From contig MU055600.1 in assembly GCA_013239625.1 (NCBI GenBank), forward strand, positions 14,249,644 to 14,313,643: a DNA stretch of 64,000 bases, in the 5' to 3' direction. The translations under genes and the position numbers were made by a program. Origin of the DNA: Lama guanicoe. Lineage: Eukaryota. How positions within the stretch are numbered: position 1 is the stretch's first letter; the number at the start of each line of letters is the position of its first letter. Below the pieces are notes generated by a model. It was not told the origin of the DNA and made no database searches. It saw only the letters and a program-made list of their open reading frames with translations. Below are positions 12,201-24,200 of this stretch, piece by piece.

Positions 12201-15200
12201 CTGGCCTCTGCTTTTCTGAGAAGCCTTTCCGCGTGCATGTGTGTGTGCATGTGCATGTGTGAAATCTGTGTCTGGTTCCCTCCTCACACACTTTCATTTC
12301 CTTTTGTTCCCTTTCACGAGCAAGTCCCACTTCATTTTTCCTTTAATTGGTCGCAGTAAAATAGAGAAATACATTTATTCCCCACGTAAAGTTTCTGATC
12401 TCTCGTTTATAACGCAAAAGGCATTTCACGGTACTCCTTTAGAGCAAACCCCAGCTCGGCTGCCTGGCCCTTCTGGTCCTTGTCCAGTGTGGGACCTTAT
12501 ATCAGAACTCAGGGTTCCCTGTCTTCTTTCTTTGGGCCTTAGAGTCTGATGAGCTGATATTTCAAGTCTCAGTTCAACCACTCACATTTTGAGAAATTCA
12601 CTCAGCTGAGCCTCCGTTTATTGTGTCTAAAATGGAGACAACGATTTACATCTTTGAGAAACATGGTAAGAAACGAATGCAACAAAGGAGTCAGCGCACA
12701 GTAGGTGCTTAGAACGTGCTCGTTTCCTTCTTCCTTCCTTTCGCTGACTGGTTATGCGACCTGACAGAGCCAAGTCCAGTGACTATTTGGAGGCAAATCA
12801 TGACCCACAGGGCCTGGCATGGTGGGCTGAAGCCGTACGCTGCTTTTAGGGCGGTCCTGCTGCCATCTGATGCCCCTGCCTGGCTGGGCGACCACGAGGT
12901 CACACATCGGCACACAACTTGATTCCTCTCTCTGCCTTGCTCACTTTTGTCCCCTACCCCGGGGAGGAGCCGTGTCTCCACGTTGTGCCCATGCCACACG
13001 ACTCTCCGCTCACCTGCAGCTGTCCAGCCACACGTCCCCGCCGCGCAGCCAGGCCCCGTGGTCCTGGTTCTTGTAGGCGGTGAAGTGCTTGATGATGGCC
13101 GGCTCCCGGGGCTTCAGCGGGTCAGCATCCTGATGAGGGCTGTACCTGGAACACAGCAGGGGAGGCCCAGGTGGTGGTGTTGCGGGGCCTCCTGAGCTGG
13201 CCCCCTTCTGGGCGGTGAGCCAGTCCCAAACCCAGCAAGCCAAGCCGCCTCTGTGTCCGGGAAGGAGAGTCTGAGATGCCCAGCTCTCTGCTTACTCGGG
13301 GGAAACCTTGACATTGGGCCTTTTCTGGGCTTCTACATCTTAGCCACCAAATGGAACACTGAGCCTGGGTGCTCCTGAGGTCCGGGCCAGCAAAAGTCTT
13401 CCGTGGACATCATCGTGTCACTGGTGTTACCCACTTTTGATAGGGAGCAAGCAACTTGGTCTATTTAAAGGGTACTGATTTCCCTAATCACCCTGAGGTT
13501 TTGACTCTCCCCGCACCACCTTTTTAATTGAAGTACAGTCAGTAACGACATGTCAATGTCTGGCGTACAGCACAATGTCCCAGTCATACATAGACATACG
13601 TATATTTATTTTCATTTTTTTTTCATTAAAGGTTATTACAAGGCATTGAATATAGTTCCCTGTGACAGCGCTTTTTAAAAGCAGCCCCTGGCCTTTGGCT
13701 GAGCTCCAGATTTATCTGTAGGTAAAACTGCATATTCCTTCCCCTTGAATTGATGGCATAGCTCCTCCCTTCTTCTCTCTTCACCTTTTCATCCTGGCCC
13801 AATCTGCTAGGGCCCTGGCCAGTCCTGTTGACTTATTAAAAAGCAAGTACTGGCTTTTGCTGAGGGATCTAGAAACTTCTAGAAATTTCTCTTTCCTTTC
13901 AGCTGCTGGAGACTAAACCCTAATTCAGTTTTTGCCCTGCTCAGATTTTCACCACAGTACCCCTGGCAATGAGCTCAAGGCGCAGGACATAGAAAGTGCC
14001 CAACAGAGGCGAGGGTATAGCTCAGTGGTAGAGTGCTTGCCCACCGTGCATAATGTCCTGGGTTCAAGCCCCGGTACCCCCAGTAAAAATAAATAAGTAA
14101 ATAAACCTGATACCTCCCTCTTGCCAAAAAACCAAATTTAAAAAAAATTAAATTTAAAAAAAGTGCCCAACAGATACCTGATGAATGAATGAATGAGTGA
14201 ATGATGGAGCGTATGTGTTCCCGAGGGCTGATTACCTGGCAGAGATGATAGAGAGGAAGGGCCTCTTGTCCTTGGCAGAGGCCTCAGTAGTTTTGACTCC
14301 ATTGTCTATGATCATGCCAGCCTGGGGAGAGGGGACATTCAGAGACATATTAGCTTCTACCACCAAGCTACAGGCATCTTCTCATATCTAGCATCCTGGG
14401 TACTCTTGAATGCCCCAGGATGCATTAATAGAAGTTGGGAGTCTACAGCAAGGGAGGTGAAGAAGCTGCATTGTCCTGCATTGCTCAAGTCAGATCTGGA
14501 GAAAGGCATCCTCTTTGAGGTACAGATGAGGAAACTGAGGTCTAGAGGGGCTAAGTGTCTTGTGCAAGGCCAGACAGGTAAGTCTATGCCCAGAACCCCC
14601 ACTGGCTTTGGGCAGTTACAAGCCCAGGCCCCAAATCAAGAATGATCGATACGCCATCTTGGGAAATATGTCTGCCATGATTTAAAGGAGATGCTGACCT
14701 TGGGGTAGGGGGCAGGGAACCTTCCCCAGTTTTGTCTTGGTTCTTGCCTGACCCGGGGAAAGAACTTCACTTTCTTATTTGGCTCCAAAGGTGTCCACTT
14801 TGTCAGCCATGGATGAGTGGGAGTGGAGGCAGCTGAATGACGCTGCCCAGCGAGGCCACGTTCAGTCTCCCCTCTGGGCTGGATTCCCTTGGCCTCTTAG
14901 GAATGCTTGAACTTGGTATCTCTTCTTTGAATAATTGGAGGACACTCTATCGCATTCTTCAATTGACTTATCATTAGCAGTGGTGATGCGAGTCAGTAGG
15001 AGTGGGGCTGGATCCCCTGCTCGTCTCTCGTGAGCTATGGCCTTTGGTAAATCCCTTCACCTCTCAAGCCTCAGTTGCAGCCTCTGTGAGATGGGTTAGT
15101 AACACTGAGGTCCTGGAGCAGGACCTTCATGGTGGTGTGGAGTCAGGGCTGACTGGGTGTGAACACCATGCCCAGGGCCTCCCTCTTTGCTCAGACAACT

Positions 15201-18200
15201 GAATCAATCCAACTCAAGGGGTCCTCTTTGCTCCATTCCTGCCCCGCCACCTTCCTCAAGGCCCATCCTGCGGCCAGGGGTCCTTGCCTACTTCCTTATT
15301 GGAAACCACCCTCCCTTGAGGATCTCTCCCCTTTCCAACCTCTCCAGACCCCCAGGTCCTACGTGGCTCACCCCCCAGCTCATGGGAAAACTTCTCAAGG
15401 AAAGGGTCTCAACAAGCCACCAACGTATTTCTCTCCACGGCCCCTGCCCCTCACGGTGATATGGCCTCTGGGCCCGTTCTGTATGGGGACAGCTCTCCCA
15501 GGCCCACGGGAGCCTCAGAAAGGCCCACTCGGAGGCCTGCACTCACTCTCCCTCCTCTGTCCAAGTGGCATTGTTGCCCTGCTGACCTCCACCCTCTGCC
15601 CCGTGAAACTCTTCATTCTGTGCTACCTGGGGTCCCCTCTCTGTGCACACTGCCCAGCCTCTTCCCGAACCCCCTTCCCCATCCCACCTCCTAGGCGTAA
15701 GCACACGTCTATCCTGAGATGATTTCTCTTCTTTATGGGCTTCTCCTTGGTTGAGTCTTTTTTGTTTGTTTGTTTTTTTGTTTATCCTGAATGCATCCGC
15801 TCCCCTGTAGGGGCCCCAGTGTCCTCATCTGTTCCACTAGGGGTTGCACCAGAAGACTGACCTTGACATTCGGAGCTCTATCTATGCACTGCCCCTGCAT
15901 CCCCAAGACCACCTCTGCCCCCAGCACAGCATCTCTGGTCCCAGCCTTGCTCCCAAGCAGCTCCATTCCCACGTCCCATGATGATGGTCTTATTGCTGCA
16001 CTGACTGACGGTCCTTGACACACTCACGATCCCAGTCCCTTTCCCCAGCACCTCGCTTGGTGCTGGACACAGAACTATTGAAGAGTAAATGAAGATGACA
16101 GAGGAATTTCTGTTTTCCACCTGCCTCCTTAGCTCTGCATGGATGGAGAAAGGGATGGAGAACCCACTTCCCGGAGACAAAACAAAAGCCAACAGAAGAG
16201 AGGTCAAGTCTGCCTTCATCTTCCTCCAGAACCACGTTGATTTTCTCTGGCTTACAGGTCAGGCCTGGCTTTCCGTGGTCATCACTGCACCCATCCCCAC
16301 CAAGTGAACTGCAAAATCAGGCTCAGGTGCCCGGCTCAGGGGCCGCGGGAGGCGCAGCCTGAGTGAAAGAGCATCTGGCTTTCCTTTCAGCTCCAGCCCA
16401 GATGCGAAGTCAAGGCCAAGGCAGGAACAGACACAGGAGATCCTTGCTAAGGATGGTCAGTGGCCTGGGAGGCTGCAGGAGGCCGCTTCGCTTCCTTCAA
16501 GACCAAGGCTAGGCACGCAGCCGTTCCCAGCTGAAGCCACGCGGCTGCTCTGACGCTAACCGTCTGCAGGCCGGGCTGGCGGGGGGCGCAGCCCGGACGG
16601 ACTTACCCGGTAGTTGGAGTGTGCGCGGTTGTTGTGGAATTTTCCCAGCGGGATGTGCTCCGAGTACCCTGGGGAGTACATTCCGGCCGAGGGGCCCGTC
16701 GGTACGTGGTGAAAGATGAACCAAAACCCAGTTTCCTGGTGGAGGAGGGCACAGGGGAAAGCCACAGAGTTCAGCACCAGGAGCTTCTCGCTGGGGAGAC
16801 TGGATGGCGCAGACTAGGGGTGGGTCTCACGCTCCCACCCAAACTGGCCCCACCGCCCAGCCCCAAACACACTGCGGGAAACAGCGAAAAGCGTGAAGCA
16901 AATATATTTTGGGGGATCCACCCTGACTGTTAAAACCCTGCACAGGGTCCTACTGTATTAGCCGTGAGCGCCAAATGGCTGGATTTCAGAGTCGGGGCCG
17001 GGGAGCACATAGTGGGAGGGTTTCGTGAGTGCTCTTAGCTTTCCCCTTTCATTATGCAGATGCGGGAGCTGAGGCCCAGAGCCAGCACCCGACCTGCTCC
17101 AGGTCCCCAGGAAGGTAAGCACCAGGGAGGGGTGGGTAAGGGCAGGGCTGTGTAGACAGAATGCCGTGTTTGGATCCTGTGCATGCCCCTGGGCACGCTG
17201 GCTCTCCCCACCTTCCTCTCCCGGTGGGATAGGTAATATAGTACCTGCCTCATAGGGTTGATGCAAGAATTAAAGTATTTTCACATAGAACATTGATGCG
17301 CCAGGCATCTAAGAATGAGTCATTACACATAAAGTGCTTGGTACTCATTAGCTGTGACCACCACCAGTGTGATGAAGGGACAGAGCCATCACTTAAAACC
17401 AAGTCCACCTGACTCTCAGGCTGGCTTTTCTCCTCTTCATTCGAAGCCTGACTGCATGGACGTCTAGACCTGGGGCTCACGGCGCACACCCTTCCGGGCT
17501 GGCTCCAGCCGTCTCCTCGCCCCAGCCCCACCACCAGAAGGGGCGCTTCTGCTCACCTCGGACCCCGCAGCAGCACAGTTCACGAGGTTGTTGTTGGGAT
17601 TGGCCATCCAGAAGGTGGACACAGCACTGCAGGCAGGGGCAGAGATCGGATGGCGTCAGACAAGAGGCTATTGGCTCCCATTCTGCCCCCCGGGGAGGGG
17701 ACCTGTTGGGCAGCTTAACGTTGGTTTGAGGAGCCTCTTATCAGTGATTTGAGAAACCGCTGATGTGTTGATCTGAAATTCGGTTTTCTCATTAAAGTGC
17801 AGTGCATTTAAGCACTTAAATGTTCAGAATTGGAATGGGCCATGGTTCCTGAAGGTAGAGGCAGTTTGTGGGTGAAACCTGAGATGCGTTTTAAAATAAA
17901 TCTAAGTCAGGAGAACCCAGGGAAGTGGCCGCTTCTAAGGGAGAGGCCCTGAACTCAGAAGGCTGACCACAGAGGAAGCTCTCTCTCTGTCTCTCTCGGA
18001 CCCTGTCTCTGCCTCTCTCATGTCTCGAGAGACATCAGTGCAGCTGGTGCCCACGTGGACACCCTGTGGCAGCCGAGGTGGCAGCCTGCCTCCTCTGCTC
18101 AAGGCAGTGCTGCCCAGCAGCAGGAAACGGCCGAGGATGAGAACAGGGGTCCCCAGGAGACACACTGAGAAGGCAGAAGTAGAAAACACACTCCTGCCCT

Positions 18201-21200
18201 CTGTCTGAGCAGCTGAGAGCAGTAGGTGGCTAAGGGCGGTGAGGGCCAAGTGGCCCAGAAGCCCCGGGGGTGAGAAGTCGGATGCTGGGCTGGGAAGTCG
18301 CCTGTGCACAGCACAGGGCTCTCCCCGGCCCGGGCCAGGCTGGCGCGGGGGCGGAGAGGAGGTGCTTACTTGCAGTCCTGCCTGGGCTTGGGGATGTACC
18401 CCGGGTAGGAGTCTTCCGTGATCATCTTGCACATCTTGCTGTCACGGTCGGAGGGAAGGAGGGTTCCAGACTTGACAAGGAGGCCGAGGCAGTGGTCAAA
18501 GGTGTTGCGTTCCTCTGGCCCGTCTTCCGTGAAGAAGCAGTGGCCCAAAGAGTTATAGCCCACAACGTCCTTGACCTGCAGGGGTCAAGATAGGGGGACC
18601 AGTCATTCATGTGCTTATCCATCCATTCAACAAACATTAACAGCCTCGGCCACACAGCAGCCCTGTGAGGGACACTGGGGGGTTGGGGGTGGGCCTGACA
18701 CAGGTGATGGGCCTGCAGAGGGAGGGTCAGGGGAAGGAGTAGTGACTTTAAAGCCCCTTCCAGCTGGAAGTGTTGCAACTGAGGCTTCACGGGGTGGGAA
18801 AGGGGACAAAGTGTTAGAAGTGGATGCAAGAGGCCACCATGGACGAGGTCATGTGAGCCTCCCCTGGTGAGGACACAGCGAGTCCACTGACTACAAGGAC
18901 TTCACGTGAAGGGTTTCACAGAGGAGACCCCACCAGAAAAGGCAGCATTTGAGCCAGGCCAGGTGGGCTTTTTAGTAAGACTGGTATGGAGGGTCCTCAC
19001 GGAGCCCTCACCCACGGGTCCAAGCCAGCTCTGAAGCCCGCGATCCACATCAAGCCTCATTTCCAACCCCTGAGCCAGAAAACCAGAAAAAGCTGCAAGC
19101 TCCATCACTTCAGTATCCTTCCTGGAATCACAGAGCCAGCGGGCCAAGCAGAGAAACCATATGAAGACATGGAGAGATGCGGGGTGCAGATTGAGCCATG
19201 CATCCCACCAGCACAGGGCTCTTACCCAAGTCTCCCAGCCTCTCTCCGACATACGTCCCCACCGCAAAGCGGAGGACTCGGACACCATGATCTCCAAGGC
19301 TCCTGCTGGGTCTGAGCTCTGTGAACTCATCAGTCTGAGACCCTGAAGGTCCTTAGAGGGCTCCAGCCTGAGTCCCCCTCCCTGTCTAATGCCACACTCT
19401 GTTCACAAGCATCCCTGACGAACGGGGCTACTGTTTCTACTTAAACACCCCAGAGATGAGATGCTCACTCCCTCCCAAGGTGCCCTGTCTGCAGTGGGGC
19501 AGTGAGGATGGCGAGAAACGCCTCCTTACCTTGACTGAAATCTTCCATCCTCATCCCCACCCCGGGTCCTGACTGCCCAGTGACATCACCCAATGAGGGA
19601 CGCTCCTGCCCCCTGTGACATCATTCAACCCACACCTATTAAGTACCTATTAAGTTCCAGGGCGCCAGGCCCTGGAAAATTCGTACATCATCCAAAAACA
19701 ACGCCTCCTTCAGCACTGTTACTTTTTCAAGGGGATGTCCTGTCTGTTGCAGGATGTTTAGCAGCAGGGCTGGCCTCGACCCACTGGATGCCAGCAGAAC
19801 CCTCTCAGTTGTGACAACCCAAAATGCCTCCAGACATTCACTGCCAGGTATTAAACTGGGGAAGGGGGGTGACAAGATTGCCTTTGACTGAGAAGCACAA
19901 ATCCAAGACAAAAACCCCAATCCCCTCTGGCATCTTTTATATGACAGAGCTTGCCTGCTCCCCCAGCTCCAGGCAGCCATGCTCTAGAAGCATCTGGAAC
20001 CAGCACCCTTTATGTCCCAGCACCAGGCTGGGCTTTTAACACCTTTTCATCTTGTTGAAATCTTACAGAATTCTACAATAACTTTTTTTCCTTTTTTGGA
20101 GATGAGGGAAATGAGACAGAAAAGTTGAGTATTTGCCCAAGGTCATGCAACCCAGATGTGCAAAGCCAGGGCTGGAACCCTAGTCTTCTAACTGCGTCCC
20201 TTCACCCATAAGGGAGGATCGCGCACACACAGCTGCCTTATTCCAGGCAAGCTCTCTGTTCCCTCAAACAAGCGTCTCTCCCTTAATCTTTGGTAACAGG
20301 CCAGGGCGTGATCTTGAATACTGTTCAGTCCCTCAGTAAGCATTTCAGTCAATACCATGGTCGTCCAATGGGACTGCTTCCTTCTCTCCTCGGGAGCTAT
20401 GAAAATTTGTTATAAATAGCCTGGAAAGGCAAGCCTGGGAGGAAGAGGCAAGAAAACATGGGCTGTTCATGCTGGCAGGGACATCTGAGACCAAGTTCAA
20501 TGCCCTCACTTTACAGAGGAGGACACAGACGCCCCAAGAAGGGACATGGAGCCATGTTGAGAGCCAGGCCTCCTGCCTCCTGCCCACAGCTCCTCTTAAC
20601 TCCTGTGTCTCCACTTGCTCGCTGTCTGGATCACACTTTGGGTGATCCTCTTTGCGTGCCAGTGAATAATGAATTCGGTACATTCTTGTTCTAACAAACG
20701 CCTGAAAAAGAAATTCTCTCCAAGACCCTTGAGGTATGCTCTGGAGAGGAAAGCCTTTATTGTATAAAATAACTGTTAACGTTTTGGGTGTGCAATGTTT
20801 CACATTGTCTCGTTTAATCCGTAGCACAAGTACTATTCCCTTTCTACCGATGACACGGTACAAAGTTCCCCAATCACTTCCCTTGCAAGGAAAGATTGAA
20901 ACTCGCTTCTCCATCTGTCTGATCCAAAACTTGTGTACTAATTAAATCTCAACAGCACCAGAAAAAAAAAAATCCTCTCATCTTTTGTTGCACTTGTTTC
21001 TTCTCCTTAGGGGTGGGCTGAGGATGGCATAGAGTCAATAGGGAAGCACGACTGGGTAGGAGAAAGCCCTGGGTCGGGAGCAGAAGACACATGTTCAAGT
21101 CTTGCCTCCACCACAAACTTGCTGTGTGATTTGCCTGACTGTCCTGGGGGTGACTTCTTTTTTAGAATCTCTTCCAGCTCTAAAATTCTTCCTTCGAATG

Positions 21201-24200
21201 TTTCCTAGAATTAGACCTTTAAACTATGACAAAGCTTGAGATAGATAAGACAGATGACAGACAGACAGACAGAGAGCAGCTGGATAACCAGACACATACA
21301 TACGGACTCACGGGTGCCCACCGCGTCCCCACGCACGCTGCCCAGAAACATGTGCTTCTCTTGCACAAACTGTACGTTCCCTTTGTTCTTCTGGACTTCT
21401 TCCCTGTTGATGGTTGGCAATCAAGAAAGTGACTCCTGAGAGCCGTTTTAAGGCTTCACCTGCTGTCAGATGGGGCCTAGGTGTGAGGCTGGGACGGACA
21501 ACGCTCCTCAGTGCTCCTAGACCAGCCACTTCACATAGGGTGACCATTTAATTTATCGTCTAAACCAGGACATTTCTGAGAGTGAAAGGGGGTCCTATTA
21601 GTACTCAGTCTGGGACAGCAGAGATGAAATGGAACTGTTCTATGCAAATCGGGCCATAGGGTCACCCCAGTTGTGATGATTCCCCACTCCAACCTAAACA
21701 CAGGAAGAAAAAGAAACTGCCGTTTAAAGCGAATACCGACAGAAGTGAACTGTAGGCCTGATTCTGCCCTCTAGGGCGGGTATGATATAATTCATCTTAG
21801 TGAGAAAACTGACAACACATATGATCCTATTCAAAGGAAGACTGAAATTTCTGAGCTTCTGCTGTTTATTATTTTTTTTTCGGAGCTGCTAAAGAAAAGC
21901 GCCGTGGAGTAGGCGGTAATTTGTTTTGCAGGGTGTGTTAATGAGTTTTTGAATATGCAAATAGAAGCTGGGAAAGGAAACCGAGAACCCAATCTCTCTG
22001 CCTAATAAGGAGAAGAATGAGTTTCTAAGGCAGCAGGAGAGGTGGAGAGGGGGAGGCAGGAACTCCACAGCCAGGTGTAGGGGAGAGCAGGGGAGGGGAG
22101 GGGAGGGGACGGTGGGAGAAGAGGAACCATTTCTCTATTTCCAGCTGGTTTCTGTGCTGACCTGTGATGCACCCCCACCTCCTCCCCATCTCTCACCCCA
22201 CTCTGCCAGCAGAAGCCCTGGCCAGGGAAACGAGGACAGGAGTCTGGGTTCCTCATTTGGGCTCAGGTGGGAAGGAGCGGTGAGAACAGCTCATGAATCA
22301 ATAGTGAGAACAAATTCATGAAACTGGAAAAAGGGGAAACCAGGGGAAACAGAAGCCGCGCCCACAATTCCCAGAGCTTTGCGGCTGGTACAGGGGACAC
22401 TGAGTCTCCTCGCCATACAGTTAAAGTGGCTCCAGCCCTCCTTAGTAGGACACCAAAGGAAGGGTGTCTCCCTAAGGCTGGAGGGCGTGGGGACTGGAGT
22501 CGTGTATGGGGCCCCCTGGAGCTGCAGAGCCAATGGGGCAGCCTGTTGGGGCCACCCTGGTGGCTACTGGAGGCGTTTATATCAAAAGAAACATTCGGAA
22601 CAGTGAACAAGGTGATGAGGAAGGAAAGGACATGCTTACTTCTCCCATCCACTCTGCCCTAGGAAAGGAATGGAGGAGAAATTAAACAGAATCCACGTTG
22701 GTGTCTTGTCTGCCTTTCTCAAGAGAACTGGAATGCATTCCTTGCCTTCCAGGAGGAACACTTGGGTGCGCCCCCGTGTCCTGCTCAGAGCTAGACACAC
22801 ACACTAAGATGTAGCGCGGGCCCATCTGACTCCGCAGCTACCCGTCCTGCAGACAGTGTGCTCTAGCGCCTTCCTCTGAGGGCCAGCTTCGCCCCCCATC
22901 TGCCAGCATCCTGGAGTTTTGGTGCAAACCACCCCGTTTCAAGCAGGACACTATCGACAGTGTCAATGTCATGAGAGGCATTTCCCAAACTCTGTTCTGT
23001 AGAACGCTGGCCCTATGAGATGCCGAAGTTGGGTGAAAAAGGCCTCTGTGTTGAATCAGTTTTGACATTGCTAGGGAAATCAACATTACATGCGTTTTTA
23101 CTACAACCTTGACTCTACTGGCAAGCACGGTGACTTTCTAGAATGGGGAGGAAAGATATATATGCGGTGTTTTCCAAGGTCATTAAATGACTGGGTCTAC
23201 TCTGTGTGTGCGTAGCGGGCGATACCTACTACTATCTCATGGAAGCAGTGAGGTTTTGCACAGAACACAGACAACGAGGCAGTGACAATACTGTTTCATA
23301 CCATTGCTAAGTACGTCACATGCATTGTCTGGTGTAATCTTCCCCAAAAGCCTTTGAGATGGGCTCTGTCATCATCCTCACTTTGCACAGGAGGAAACTG
23401 AGGCTCAGAAAGCGTCAGGCAGTCCCCCAAGTTCACACTGGCAGGATCAGAAGAACACGGGTTGCTGTGACTCTAACCTCTTAACCTCGCTGGGCTACTG
23501 ATGCCTGCAGTGACTCTCACACAAGAGTAAGGAGATGCACGAGGAGGGAGAAGGGGGCAGTGGGTTTGCTGAGTGGGAGCTTGGTGGTGGTGTGTGAAGT
23601 CACATTACTGAGAACCTTTACCAGGGCTCAGGGGGAGCAAAAGTTGAGAAGCACACATTTTTTGTCAGTTAGGAGATGTTGGCAGAAATACCAAGTTCAG
23701 ACCACTCCTTCCAAAGGCTGACAGTGAAGAAAAGGAAAGAGCAAAGGTGGGCTGCCCCCGGGGGAGGTGGGGATGAGGGAAGCTGTTCTCTGAGGATGGA
23801 GGGTACCAGAGAACCATTACAGGTGGTGGGGCGGGAGAAGCCCACGAGTGAGGTGCCGCCCAGGACCCTGGGGGTCAGCTTCAAGGCCCCCACCAGCTGT
23901 GCACACGTAGGAACCCCTCTTTCTAATAAACTAGTGACTGCCCATCCGGGGTCCAGGGCACCTCCAGACTGGGGATGACACTGGGGAAAAGGCATTCGCA
24001 ATACTACTGAGTGGCCTCTATACTCCAAATCAGAATAAAATCTTTGTCTGCTTTTGGCCTCCTTTCATCCCGTCAGCTAAAAACATCTTCCCAAACATAG
24101 TAAGCTGTTGGTAAATCCTTGGAGCCAAAATCAAGGGAGCACATGTAAAATACGGATGGAGAGAGTCCAGCTCCCGAGGCAGCGTTTCTGAATGTGGGGC

